From a virus, in the IMG/VR virus record IMGVR_UViG_3300044568_004364: a stretch of DNA of 64,000 nucleotides. One strand, given 5' to 3'. Below, in pieces: positions 17,181 through 27,235 of the stretch (positions are counted from its first letter, which is position 1; every line of letters begins with the position of its first letter). Both the position numbers and the translations under genes were made by a program. The notes beneath the pieces were generated by a model. That model did no database searches. It was not told the DNA's origin and worked only from the letters and a program-made list of their open reading frames with translations.

Positions 17181-17615
17181 TCATTTTTTCCATAAATTTT
17201 TCACATGAGCGCTGTGTATTTTCACACCGATAAACTCATTGTAATAATCATCTGTCAATAGCACTTCTTTAGTGAATTGCCACTTTGCTTCAATATAAGA
17301 TAGTTCACCTTTTGCTTTACAAAACTCAAGTATTTCACGCCGAAAATCAGCTGGACGTTCATCAACCAAAAGCTTAACTTTTTCACTGCTGCCATAGTAC
17401 TTTGCCCAATCACTTTGAATAATGTCAATACGCTTTCGTTTTTGGCCTTTCAGCGGTGGACGTTTTCTTTTTGTAATTAACAGCTTTTTGCCGATATACT
17501 TTTTGCCGTTTAATACATCTGTAATTTCATAGATGAATCCAATGCAGCCTTCTGCAATTTTTAGTTCGGCATCTTCTTTAGTAAAAGTGTTATTTTGATA
17601 CGTCCATGGACTCAT
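17181..17615 (-). CDS. GIY-YIG-fold protein conserved in T4-like phages
   Basis: GFIYEIT...KKYIGKK...YYGSS. Confidence 0.75.
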   Translation of the reverse strand: MSPWTYQNNTFTKEDAELKIAEGCIGFIYEITDVLNGKKYIGKKLLITKRKRPPLKGQKRKRIDIIQSDWAKYYGSSEKVKLLVDERPADFRREILEFCKAKGELSYIEAKWQFTKEVLLTDDYYNEFIGVKIHSAHVKNLWKK

Positions 17616-17624
17616 ACGATTTAT

Positions 17625-17822
17625 TTATTCATCGTCTTCTGAGTCGCCTTCGGTGCCATACAAATGGTGTGTACCACAAAACGGGCAAAACTCTGGATAT
17701 AATTCATCGCGTTCTAGGTCGCCAAAATCGTCTTCATCGTCACAATAGTATTTGTCGTCATCATCGTCCCAAATAACTTCATATACATACTTGCATTTTG
17801 GGCATCTATTATTTTCGTTCAT
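17625..17822 (-). CDS. Small acidic zinc-finger protein
   Basis: CPKC...CPFCG. Confidence 0.7.
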   Translation of the reverse strand: MNENNRCPKCKYVYEVIWDDDDDKYYCDDEDDFGDLERDELYPEFCPFCGTHHLYGTEGDSEDDE

Positions 17823-17827
17823 TGTCT

Positions 17828-19480
17828 TTATGCTTCACATGTAGTGCAGGTTGTAATTGAACGTGCAAGTTCTTGTGAAGGATTTGTACCACGTTGATAA
17901 TACAAGCTCTTAATGCCGTTCTCCCAGGCAAAGATCATAAGTTCATTTACAAGCTTTGGCTTTGCATCAGATGAAATCATGATGTTTAAACTCTGCCCTT
18001 GGTCAATGTATGGTTGGCGTTGTGCAGCTTGAATAATAATATCCTTCTGAGAAATTTCGCCAAACGTTTTAAATACAGCGCGCTCTTCAGGAGTTAGTGT
18101 TGTTAAGTGTTGCACGCTGCCACCATGAACAAGTATATCTTTCCAAACATCAGATTTATCCAATCCTTTGCGCTGCAGCAATGTTTTAAGATAAGGATTC
18201 TTAAATGTGAATTTACCTTTGGCAAGATCCTTAACAAAGTAATTACTATTAAGCGGCTCAATACTTGGACTTACTTGTCCTAAGATAAAGCTGCTGCTTG
18301 TTGTAGGTGCAACCGCCAGTGTTGTTGTATTACGGCGCCCATAACCAACAAGCAACTCAGGCTCTCCATATAGTGTGGCAAGTTCCGTTGTTGCTGCATC
18401 GGCGTCTTCACGTATCTTACTCCAAATTTGAATGTTACGTGCTTGTGCTTCAATACTCTCAAATGCAACATCATTCTTTTGTAGGTAATTATGCCAACCT
18501 AGTACTCCTACGCCCAATGCACGTTGGCGTATTGCAAAATTACGTGGCGCGCTCATGTGAGCCATACCTTCGGTCTTGTCTATAAATTCCGTCATAACGG
18601 CATCCAAGAAATATACGAGTGTTTGTATGGCATCTGTCTGCGCAAGTTCGTCCCACAGCTCAAGGTTGAGGCTGCTAAGATTGCATACAAAACTTTCGTC
18701 GGCCGTTGTGCTTAGGAAAATTTCACTGCATAAGTTACTGGCATGAATAGTTTTACCTTTATCCTTATAAACCTGCGGTGCAGCATTGTTTGCGTTATCA
18801 CTAAAGAAAATGTATGGATATCCACTCTCAAATCGTTTCTTGATAACCTTGCCCCATACCGAACGTTTTTCTTTATCGCCCGCCTTCATTAAATTCATCC
18901 ATTCATCACTAACAGTAACGCCAATACTCATATTTTGTATCTTATGGCCTTCACCTCGAATTTTTAAAAATTCTTCAATATCTGGATGATCAATTGGTAG
19001 GTATGCCGCAAAGGAGCCACGTCGTACATTGCCTTGCGAGACAACATCCATAAGTCCTTCATACAGCTCCATAAAATGGACTGCACCAGTACTTGTTCCT
19101 CCGCTGTTAATAGGTGCGCCGCGTCCACGTACATCACCAAAGTATGCGCTTGTTCCTCCGCCATGCTTTGTCATCATTGCAATCTCAGCATATTTACTGC
19201 CAGCAATTTCTTCAAGCGAATCGCTAATATAACTGCCAAAGCAACTAATAGGTAACCCGCGCTTACGTCCAAAGTTGCTCCAGATTGGGCTGCTTAAAGA
19301 ATAATAACCAGCATGTAAGTAACCTAAAAATTTTGAGCCAAAGCCTTTAAGATTTAATAATTTCTCTGCATGCGCCGCAATATCAGCCATGCGCGCCTCA
19401 GGCGTTTCGCCTTCTACCAAATAGCCACGTTCAAGGAATTTTCTTGAATCGGCATTCAACCAATGTATTTGTTCATTCAT
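17828..19480 (-). CDS. nrdA: Class I ribonucleotide reductase alpha subunit, no ATP cone
   Basis: ISCF, SNLCSEI, APTTSSS, SLYY, C-terminal CTTC. Confidence 0.95.
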   Translation of the reverse strand: MNEQIHWLNADSRKFLERGYLVEGETPEARMADIAAHAEKLLNLKGFGSKFLGYLHAGYYSLSSPIWSNFGRKRGLPISCFGSYISDSLEEIAGSKYAEIAMMTKHGGGTSAYFGDVRGRGAPINSGGTSTGAVHFMELYEGLMDVVSQGNVRRGSFAAYLPIDHPDIEEFLKIRGEGHKIQNMSIGVTVSDEWMNLMKAGDKEKRSVWGKVIKKRFESGYPYIFFSDNANNAAPQVYKDKGKTIHASNLCSEIFLSTTADESFVCNLSSLNLELWDELAQTDAIQTLVYFLDAVMTEFIDKTEGMAHMSAPRNFAIRQRALGVGVLGWHNYLQKNDVAFESIEAQARNIQIWSKIREDADAATTELATLYGEPELLVGYGRRNTTTLAVAPTTSSSFILGQVSPSIEPLNSNYFVKDLAKGKFTFKNPYLKTLLQRKGLDKSDVWKDILVHGGSVQHLTTLTPEERAVFKTFGEISQKDIIIQAAQRQPYIDQGQSLNIMISSDAKPKLVNELMIFAWENGIKSLYYQRGTNPSQELARSITTCTTCEA

Positions 19481-19500
19481 AATCTAAATTTATATATCGC

Positions 19501-20505
19501 TTAAAACAAATCAAACAAATCGTCTTCGCTAAAGCTTTGGCCTTTTTTGCTATATTCCGTTGGGCGGCTATGGAAAAAGTCGGTCATGTTATTACCATGC
19601 AACTGCTCGTCAAACCAAAGAGTATCTTTTAGCAGTGTCTCATCGCATGTGAAAGGTTGTGCAAATCCAATTGCAACCATGCTTTCATTTATACGACTCT
19701 TGATAAACTCTTTAAGAATTGGTGCACTTAGTCCGTGTTCGTTTACGCCGTTAACCATCCAATCAACAATCTTGCTCTCAGCTTTAAATGCCTCGATTGC
19801 TTCACTTGCAATGCGCTCTTCAAGTTCAGCGTCAAAGAGTTCAGGATGCTCTTCACGTATGGTATTAATAATCTTAATACCAACAAGTGCATGAATATTT
19901 TCTTCATTGCGAGTATACTTAACTTGTTGGTCAGTATCTTTAAGCACATTCTTAAATGTAGCAAACCAATTAATTACATAAAATTGGCTAAAGAGACTTA
20001 CGTTTTCAACAAATAGAGTAAACAAGATAAGAGCATATAGGTATTGCTTTTTGCTATCCTTATAAAAACGGTGTGTATATTTCTTAAGATACTTAACTCG
20101 TCCTTGAATCCATTCCAGCTTGAGGTTCTCTTCAAAGATATCTTCAAGTTCAAGAACAGATAGCAACCGCTCATATGCGCTGTTATGAATAACTTCAATG
20201 TTGGCCATTACATAACCCAAGTCTTGTAGTGCAGGATGCGGCAAGTTTTCTCCAAGTTTTGCCCAGAATGTTTTTACCGCAACTTCAATTTGACCAACAG
20301 CACTCAATGTGCGTACAATAATCTCACGATATTGATCTGTTAATACGGTCTTGAATTGATGAACATCTGCACTAAAGTTAAATTCTTTATCTGTCCAAAA
20401 ACCATTATGCATGGCCTCAATGAATTGTTCAGTCCATGGATAATGGTTTGGTTTTCGTGAAATTTGTTCTTCAAAAATGCTGTGTTGTTTTGTCTCGTTA
20501 TTCAT
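19501..20505 (-). CDS. nrdB: Ribonucleotide reductase beta subunit
   Basis: EVIH..AY, EENIH, DFF..RPTEY. Confidence 0.95.
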   Translation of the reverse strand: MNNETKQHSIFEEQISRKPNHYPWTEQFIEAMHNGFWTDKEFNFSADVHQFKTVLTDQYREIIVRTLSAVGQIEVAVKTFWAKLGENLPHPALQDLGYVMANIEVIHNSAYERLLSVLELEDIFEENLKLEWIQGRVKYLKKYTHRFYKDSKKQYLYALILFTLFVENVSLFSQFYVINWFATFKNVLKDTDQQVKYTRNEENIHALVGIKIINTIREEHPELFDAELEERIASEAIEAFKAESKIVDWMVNGVNEHGLSAPILKEFIKSRINESMVAIGFAQPFTCDETLLKDTLWFDEQLHGNNMTDFFHSRPTEYSKKGQSFSEDDLFDLF

Positions 20506-20562
20506 AAATCGTAAAGCGTGTATACTATTATTATATACTAATAAAGTAAAATGTAAACAAGA

Positions 20563-20856
20563 TTATTTACGATTTTCATTCATAGCCCGACGGCGTATGC
20601 TACGCAATGCGCCATTATTTGAATCTCTCAAAATGACGGTATGTTTTGGATTTTTCTTTGCGTAATTATACAAGCTCTGTTGCTCGTCATCAGCCAAGTC
20701 TAGGTATTTACCCCAGCGCTCAAACTTATTACGACCTGTTTCGAAGCGTCGGAATATTTCAGATGGTACATTAAACAAGCGCCATGTAGCGCCTGTCTTT
20801 GGGTAATCTGATGGTGGCATCGCTACCGATGCGGTTGTCGTGTCTTCAGTTTTCAT
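20563..20856 (-). CDS. Conserved T4-like hypothetical protein
   Basis: GRNKFERWGKYL motif; operon context. Confidence 0.7.
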   Translation of the reverse strand: MKTEDTTTASVAMPPSDYPKTGATWRLFNVPSEIFRRFETGRNKFERWGKYLDLADDEQQSLYNYAKKNPKHTVILRDSNNGALRSIRRRAMNENRK

Positions 20857-21437
20857 TGAACAATATCATGTTGAGTAATTAGGATCCGTTGATGTGTTTT
20901 ATTGTGTGTTGCTGTATATACAGGTACGCCAAAAATAGTTCCGCATGGTGCAACATTTTCACTTATTGTTACCAGTGACTTTTTAAGAGCTAGGACTTCG
21001 CCTGTAAGTGGCAGCGCAACGTCATGACGTAATGTATAGCGCCCTGCACGTAAATGTTGATCTTCTGTCAGGTACCAACGTGATTCATTTAACGGCGCAG
21101 TATTGATATCAAATCCAGTAACTTCTAAAAGCGCCTTTGATAGCGCTTCATCCGATAATCCTGTCTTTTCTTTAATAAGATATAATGCAGCTAGGTATGA
21201 TGCAATTGTTGTTTTGCCAAAAGGTAGCTTATTTAGTAAGCGCTTAACATTAAATACAAGCTTATGAAATACATTATATTTACTGCGCTCTTCACTCGTT
21301 TCAGCCTTGCGTAATATATTACCTTGTGCATCTATCAATCCCAACTTATATGCACCCATTTTTTGCCATGGTGTAGTAAGCAAACGAAGAAATCGAAATG
21401 CATAAAATGTATCGGCGGCGCGTGTGAATAGTCCCAT
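20853..21437 (-). CDS. Conserved T4-like hypothetical protein
   Basis: FRFLRLLTTPW..AYKLGLID..GN, FHKLVFNVKRLL. Confidence 0.75.
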   Translation of the reverse strand: MGLFTRAADTFYAFRFLRLLTTPWQKMGAYKLGLIDAQGNILRKAETSEERSKYNVFHKLVFNVKRLLNKLPFGKTTIASYLAALYLIKEKTGLSDEALSKALLEVTGFDINTAPLNESRWYLTEDQHLRAGRYTLRHDVALPLTGEVLALKKSLVTISENVAPCGTIFGVPVYTATHNKTHQRILITQHDIVQ

Positions 21438-21441
21438 AAGT

Positions 21442-21810
21442 TTAGAGTGTTTGTAATTTCTTTACGATCAATAGATCAATAGGTATATTTATATATTCTC
21501 CTTTTGGAATGTAATTTAGGTAGAGTAGGAATGTTTTTAGTGCAGGCCAACATTCTTCATCAATACGATAAAAGCACATGCGTGTTGCAGCTTCAGGATA
21601 AAACATATTATAAAATATGATAAGGTGATTAAGTATGAGCCGCTCTTGTAGTATGTCTTTTTCAGTATATCGCCTTAGTAACTTACGTGCATACTTTAAA
21701 TGTGCGAGGTCAGCACTAAATTCGTCAAAGTCCAAACACTTTGGATTATTATAATGCTTAGCTGCATAAAGCATAAAGTTCTTATCATTCAAATCCGTCA
21801 ATAGATTCAT
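21442..21810 (-). CDS. Conserved T4-like hypothetical protein
   Basis: NFMLYAAKHYNNP.C, ERLILNH. Confidence 0.75.
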   Translation of the reverse strand: MNLLTDLNDKNFMLYAAKHYNNPKCLDFDEFSADLAHLKYARKLLRRYTEKDILQERLILNHLIIFYNMFYPEAATRMCFYRIDEECWPALKTFLLYLNYIPKGEYINIPIDLLIVKKLQTL

Positions 21811-21829
21811 ATTATAATTTATATGAATC

Positions 21830-22144
21830 TTATTGTGCCAGTAGGTCTGTCACCGATTTGCCTTTTTCCCAGAACTTGCAGCTCCAATAGCGTGCTTTCC
21901 ATTTTGGTCCTGGGGCATCATCGCAGCTATGACGTGCGCGGAAGTTTTTAAGACGTGCAGGATCATCACGTTTAATTTCCATATTAGGATCACCAAATCC
22001 AAGCTTGATTACATTGCCTTTATCATTGCGAACATATACATAAAATTTATGCTTATTGTCGTCGCTACGAAACGGCGCATTAAGTGTTACCTTACGCCCA
22101 TCGTATTCAGCCTCTTCGGAGATATATTCTTTAAAGCGCATCAT
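21830..22144 (-). CDS. Conserved phage protein
   Basis: FGDP...FRARHSC...ARYWSC; start MRFKEYISEE. Confidence 0.75.
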   Translation of the reverse strand: MMRFKEYISEEAEYDGRKVTLNAPFRSDDNKHKFYVYVRNDKGNVIKLGFGDPNMEIKRDDPARLKNFRARHSCDDAPGPKWKARYWSCKFWEKGKSVTDLLAQ

Positions 22145-23412
22145 ATAATTTGATACCAGTTTAGCAGTGCATTAAATGTAGAATTGGTTGCATCCGCAGC
22201 TATTGCTAATGTGTATACATCAGAAACACCTGCTTGAGTTCGACCTAATTGTAAAAATAAACTTCCCAAATTATCCAATTCTACTGATTCGCTGGCATTT
22301 GTAAGGAATCCGGATTTTACTATGGTTCCACCAGTCATAATTGAATCACTTATTGCAAATTCGGTAGTGACGCAATCTGGGTGAACAGTCCATGTAGGAG
22401 ATGTTGTAAAGGTTGCATTTTTTATTAGAGCCCATTGATATTTTTTATTTTGTTCAATAACAATAGAAACACCAGTAGGAATAATTATACCATCTAACTT
22501 AGACGATGATAAGCGAATTGATACAGCATTAAAGAATTTTCCTCGATCAGCAGTTGTCGCATTGGTTTGCCGTGTGACAAATACTGATGCCGACGATGCC
22601 TGACAATATGTAATTGATTCTGGGTTATAGCCACCCTCTGAAATAGCAGTGCTGCATATTTGTTTAAGTGTTCCACTAGCAGATCCTAAATTTTCAATTT
22701 CATATCGTATTGGCAGACATGCAGTTGTCATGTATGTCGTGGTGCGAACATTATCATTATGAAATACATGAGCGACAACAGGTTTACCGTGTACAATAAA
22801 TCCACAACGAACGTCGCCTACACCAAGCCATTCAATGTCAATCCAAAAAATATTAGACTTTGTAACGTCGAGTGTCACGTCTGAATAACCAGATCCATTA
22901 AATTTATCGCCGATCCATTCGCTTTGAGGTACACGAATTGTTGTACCTAAGCTTTGACTGCGAAGCACAAGGAAGTTTCCAGTGCCATCATTTTCTAAAT
23001 ATATTCCATTGTCATTACCAAAATAACCAACTCTTTGGCGTAGCCCAGTGACTGGAGTTGCCATAACAAAGGTTGACATAATGAGCAAACTTTTCCCAGG
23101 TTGATATGGCATTACCCGCTTTGACTCGCGAATGACCTTGCTGCCAGTTGTTGTTGTAACTGACATATTGATTGCACTCTCCGCAGAGACATGAGTGGTG
23201 CTTCCGCCAGACGCAGTTACAGTACTCCATTTATCATTTTCGGTATAACGATGTTGGCTTTCAAATAGCGTGAATGGTTCAGACACACGTAAACGTCCAA
23301 ATGCATCTACAAGAGCGCCACCTGGTGTAATTTGGTCTGATAGCATATTTACCTCGTAACGTGCACCTTGCCGCGTTAGAGTGTTAGTACTTGATATGTA
23401 TTGTGTAGGCAT
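22141..23412 (-). CDS. Probable virion structural (beta-rich) protein
   Basis: DAFGRLRVS, YQPGK, WLGVG, LPIRYEI motifs. Confidence 0.65.
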   Translation of the reverse strand: MPTQYISSTNTLTRQGARYEVNMLSDQITPGGALVDAFGRLRVSEPFTLFESQHRYTENDKWSTVTASGGSTTHVSAESAINMSVTTTTGSKVIRESKRVMPYQPGKSLLIMSTFVMATPVTGLRQRVGYFGNDNGIYLENDGTGNFLVLRSQSLGTTIRVPQSEWIGDKFNGSGYSDVTLDVTKSNIFWIDIEWLGVGDVRCGFIVHGKPVVAHVFHNDNVRTTTYMTTACLPIRYEIENLGSASGTLKQICSTAISEGGYNPESITYCQASSASVFVTRQTNATTADRGKFFNAVSIRLSSSKLDGIIIPTGVSIVIEQNKKYQWALIKNATFTTSPTWTVHPDCVTTEFAISDSIMTGGTIVKSGFLTNASESVELDNLGSLFLQLGRTQAGVSDVYTLAIAADATNSTFNALLNWYQII

Positions 23413-23490
23413 TTTTTTATTTACATTTTAAAATTATGTGGTATAATAATATAGATTCAATATAATACAACAACGTAATTTAAATACGCC

Positions 23491-24261
23491 TTAAGATTTG
23501 ATATTACGTTTTAAAGTATTAATCAATGATGAATCACCTGTAATTATTCCAACAAGTGACAGGAATGTATTCATGATTAGATCCTTTTGAGATGGTGTTA
23601 AAGTTTTGCCATCTTCAAGATTCTTAACAGCAAGAACCAAAGGTTGAATGTTTGTTTCATCTACCAGACCAACAGCTGCAAGCTGTTTAAACTTGGTATA
23701 GTCAACACTTTCATTGGTCATCTTGACATCGCCATATTCATATTCGCCATCATCAATATTAATATCGTATTTCTCGTCAACAGCAGTATATAATTCGTCA
23801 ACCGTTGCATAGATGTTTGAGATAGCCTTTACAATATCGTCATCAATATTTTCTTGATCTGAAATGCAATCATAAATCTCTTCAGTCATTTCTGTAATTT
23901 CATCAAGTAAAGCCAATGCTTCACCTACAGGATCGGTTTCCTCTGCGCCCTCTTTAATGCTGTTGCTGCGCTTTTGTAACTCCTTTACAATATCGTTAAC
24001 TTTTGCATATTTTAATGTACCTTCAATGTCAACCAATGAATATGGTTTGGACGCATTATCGGTAACTGCAACAAAGATGTCAGCATACTTGCCTGCTCTC
24101 ATTGGAAGACCATACAATTCGATAATGTTATCGACATTTGTATAGTAGGTGTTATTCCCAGGTTTAGCTGCTTTAAATCCAAGAGTCTTTAATACGCTCT
24201 TAAGTAATTTAATTTCGACTTCAGATGCCGATTCGTTTAGGATATCATTTAGTTTCTTCAT
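23491..24261 (-). CDS. Hypothetical late protein
   Basis: Long ORF in late operon. Confidence 0.7.
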   Translation of the reverse strand: MKKLNDILNESASEVEIKLLKSVLKTLGFKAAKPGNNTYYTNVDNIIELYGLPMRAGKYADIFVAVTDNASKPYSLVDIEGTLKYAKVNDIVKELQKRSNSIKEGAEETDPVGEALALLDEITEMTEEIYDCISDQENIDDDIVKAISNIYATVDELYTAVDEKYDINIDDGEYEYGDVKMTNESVDYTKFKQLAAVGLVDETNIQPLVLAVKNLEDGKTLTPSQKDLIMNTFLSLVGIITGDSSLINTLKRNIKS

Positions 24262-25268
24262 AGTGATTGAATATATTTATTATAAGTTTCTTTAAGTGTT
24301 ACGATTGACTCCATGTTTGGATTGAGCGATACAAATTCATGAATATGTTCTAGGTCGCAAGAACCTGTTGCAAGTGCAACAATTTTAATCTTACGTGCAG
24401 TCTCTAAGTCAACGGCTTCATCTAACTTATATTCTCCTTTTTTGAGTGTAAGATTAATAACATCGCCTTTTTTGTCGCTCTTTCTATGCTGAACATTAAT
24501 GCGCCCATCAGGAAACTTGTGAAAGATATTAGCTGTTTTTCCATGCAATATATTTCCCGGTGCTGTGATGGTTACAGTACCCATAGAATGAGTACCAGTA
24601 GCTTCATCGAGATTTGCGGATTCAGCATAATATTTTGGATCCAAGAAGTTGATCAAATCTGGGATTTTTGCGTCAACCGTAAATGCATCTGCTTTGTCCA
24701 CTGCCATTGAATATAGTTTTGGATTCATATTATATAAGGTAATCATTATAGATTGTCCTTTACGCAATGCCGGCATTTCCTTTCGCATTTTAGCAGCTGC
24801 ATCAAGCAGTTCTTCAACATCAATTTTTGGAACAGCTTCTTGTAAAGATTCTTCTTTTACAAGTTTACCGGAATTAATGTCATCTTGGTGATCATGGTAA
24901 TATTCACCACTGTATACAACTCCTCCATTTTTTGCAGCATATTCATACGCACCTTTTCTTGTTTTGAAAGGTTTGATTTTTGCTTTGGCGTCCTTATTGT
25001 AAACAACCCATGATTCACCATAAGCTTCTTCCATTTCAAAATATTCGCTGTATTTTTTGTATGCAGCTTTTATTTGATCCGTCGTATGTGAAGGATACAT
25101 CTTTTTGTGTTGAGCTTCAAACTCTTGATATGTTTTTTGTTTCATCTCGGTGTTAAATTGTTGTATGCGTTGCCCTGGGGTGTCCTTTATGTATTTATAT
25201 AATAGGCTAGGTGTACCTTCAAAGCCTGCGCCATATTCTTCATCAAGCTCCAAATTCATGTCCTGCAA
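24258..25268 (-). CDS. Hypothetical late multi-module protein
   Basis: Repeated L.EA sites and an internal KTYQEF motif. Confidence 0.7.
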   Translation of the reverse strand: MQDMNLELDEEYGAGFEGTPSLLYKYIKDTPGQRIQQFNTEMKQKTYQEFEAQHKKMYPSHTTDQIKAAYKKYSEYFEMEEAYGESWVVYNKDAKAKIKPFKTRKGAYEYAAKNGGVVYSGEYYHDHQDDINSGKLVKEESLQEAVPKIDVEELLDAAAKMRKEMPALRKGQSIMITLYNMNPKLYSMAVDKADAFTVDAKIPDLINFLDPKYYAESANLDEATGTHSMGTVTITAPGNILHGKTANIFHKFPDGRINVQHRKSDKKGDVINLTLKKGEYKLDEAVDLETARKIKIVALATGSCDLEHIHEFVSLNPNMESIVTLKETYNKYIQSL

Positions 25269-26226
25269 CTCTTTTCATTTGACGAGTAAATTCATCAAAG
25301 TCTGGTTTCTTTTTATAATATTTAATTGTTCGTGCATCGTCATCTTTACCTTTGATGCGCCAATCATAACCTGCACTTAAACGCTCAGGATCGGTTGTGC
25401 GCACTACACGGCGCTCATAACCATCTTCCCAGCTTTCTTCATAAATAACATCCTGTATAAAAAATTTAGTATGACCTCCAGTTTCAGAAATGCATGTTAT
25501 ATAGTTAGGCCCACGCTCTTTAATTGTATACGATAGCCCATCTTTTTTAGAAATGATTCTTTCGCCAATATTGTATATCTCGCCAGAGATATAACGTTCA
25601 CGTGTTTCACCTAAAGATTGGAATTGTATATGCTTGCGAAAACTATGGCTTTCCTTAAGGCCCATCCCAGTGCGCACTGCATTAAATAACTCTTTAACTT
25701 CCCCAAATGTTTTAGGGCATCCTTCAGCAAATGTCTTTAGGTCATTATTAGCAGCCGCATTACGTTGTACACTTTCATGTAGCGCTGATGGTGCTGGCAC
25801 TATTCGTATACCATCAGAAAATTTATAATAACCATGCACACCGCGTATACCATTATATGCATGCAGCTGTTGTTTAAATTCAACTATATGTTCAGTCCGT
25901 ACTAACATTGTTAGCTTTGTGTAACCCTCATTATAAGCTGATACCGCAACATCTACGGCATCTTTAATATTACAATCACGTATAATATTACGGCCATATT
26001 GTGGAAACATCTTGCGCATATACCGTATTTTATCATCATAGTTTAACGGGTGTTCTTCATACCCTTCAGTTTGAAATGAATATACACGAAGCGTTGCGCT
26101 CTTTTTAGAGTGTACACTTGCAGCATTAAGTAGTGCTTCATCGTGTATTGTTGGTGGATTAAACGAATCATATATCGCAACAAGTTCACGCGTCTTTTCA
26201 GTAATGTATCCTTTAAAGCTCTTCAT
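25243..26226 (-). CDS. Degenerate cytidyltransferase-like protein
   Basis: SFNPPTIHD, PL.Y..K..YMRKMFP; start MKSFKGYITE. Confidence 0.7.
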   Translation of the reverse strand: MKSFKGYITEKTRELVAIYDSFNPPTIHDEALLNAASVHSKKSATLRVYSFQTEGYEEHPLNYDDKIRYMRKMFPQYGRNIIRDCNIKDAVDVAVSAYNEGYTKLTMLVRTEHIVEFKQQLHAYNGIRGVHGYYKFSDGIRIVPAPSALHESVQRNAAANNDLKTFAEGCPKTFGEVKELFNAVRTGMGLKESHSFRKHIQFQSLGETRERYISGEIYNIGERIISKKDGLSYTIKERGPNYITCISETGGHTKFFIQDVIYEESWEDGYERRVVRTTDPERLSAGYDWRIKGKDDDARTIKYYKKKPDFDEFTRQMKRVAGHEFGA

Positions 26227-26231
26227 TATAA

Positions 26232-26720
26232 TTATTTTTTACGCTGAAAGCGAGCTGCATCTTTTGCGCGAACTTGCGGCAATAGGCGAGCTGCCAAACT
26301 CTTAATGATGGTCTTTTTACGTGCAAGTTGTTTTTCAACACCAGCACGTGCGCCAAAGGAAAGATCTCCTTTATTTTTTCCACCAGTTAGACGCTTTGTA
26401 ATTTCGGCGCGAGCTGCACGCAATGCACGTGCTTTTAATACTACGTTACTTGCACGGCGACGCAACGAGCGCGCACGGCCAATCCTAAGTGCAGACTTGT
26501 TGCGACGAAACGATGCGCGTCTAGCCATACGCTGTGCAGCTGTAAGTACTTCTTTAAGTTCAGGTGTGCTTTCATCAGTTTCAGCACCTTCATCAGCCAT
26601 GAACGGACCTTTCTTACGTTTGCGATATGCATTAATCATTAGGTCTAGCGGATCATAATCGTATGAACCGTCTGTTGGATCAACAGTCATTAGGTCTCGT
26701 AATCTTAGTGGTGTTTTCAT
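26232..26720 (-). CDS. Basic prohead-core-like protein
   Basis: EVLT..QRM.R followed by an Arg-rich helix. Confidence 0.55.
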   Translation of the reverse strand: MKTPLRLRDLMTVDPTDGSYDYDPLDLMINAYRKRKKGPFMADEGAETDESTPELKEVLTAAQRMARRASFRRNKSALRIGRARSLRRRASNVVLKARALRAARAEITKRLTGGKNKGDLSFGARAGVEKQLARKKTIIKSLAARLLPQVRAKDAARFQRKK

Positions 26721-26742
26721 CGTATAGTATATTTATATATAC

Positions 26743-27210
26743 TTAACCTTTCTTATGGTTTGCCCATAAGTCAGCATCACCAGTTGTTCGTGTTTTACCA
26801 CCAACTATAAAACTATTAACGCGTGCATACGCCCATTGAAATTGTCCTGCTCCCGGGCGATGCCCTGTTTTCCAAGCAGCCATTCCTCGATCAAATACTT
26901 GTTTAAGTATCCCATATGCAATTCCACTTTTTTCAGATTTAGTCTTTAGTCCAGCAAGTTGCGCTTCTTCATCGAGCGTTTGGTATTGATCAAAATCTAC
27001 AGATTCTTTACCATATTTTGCAGCATACGCTTTGGTATATTTGGAAGGAACTGTTTCAGCTGAGGCGTCACCGGGTGCAGGCTTGTATGCCGAAGGATCG
27101 TCATCGTCCTTTGATGCTTGACGATTAAATTGTGCAGCCCGACGTGCGCGTGTGCTCTTTGCAAGACCAGTATAATAGTCTTCATCTAAATATCTTTTAA
27201 AGCTTTTCAT
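26743..27210 (-). CDS. Conserved phage protein
   Basis: KPAPGD, RGMAAWKTGHRPG, WAYARVNSF; start MKSFKRYLDE. Confidence 0.75.
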   Translation of the reverse strand: MKSFKRYLDEDYYTGLAKSTRARRAAQFNRQASKDDDDPSAYKPAPGDASAETVPSKYTKAYAAKYGKESVDFDQYQTLDEEAQLAGLKTKSEKSGIAYGILKQVFDRGMAAWKTGHRPGAGQFQWAYARVNSFIVGGKTRTTGDADLWANHKKG

Positions 27211-27235
27211 ATGTATTGTTTAAATCCTATCATAT

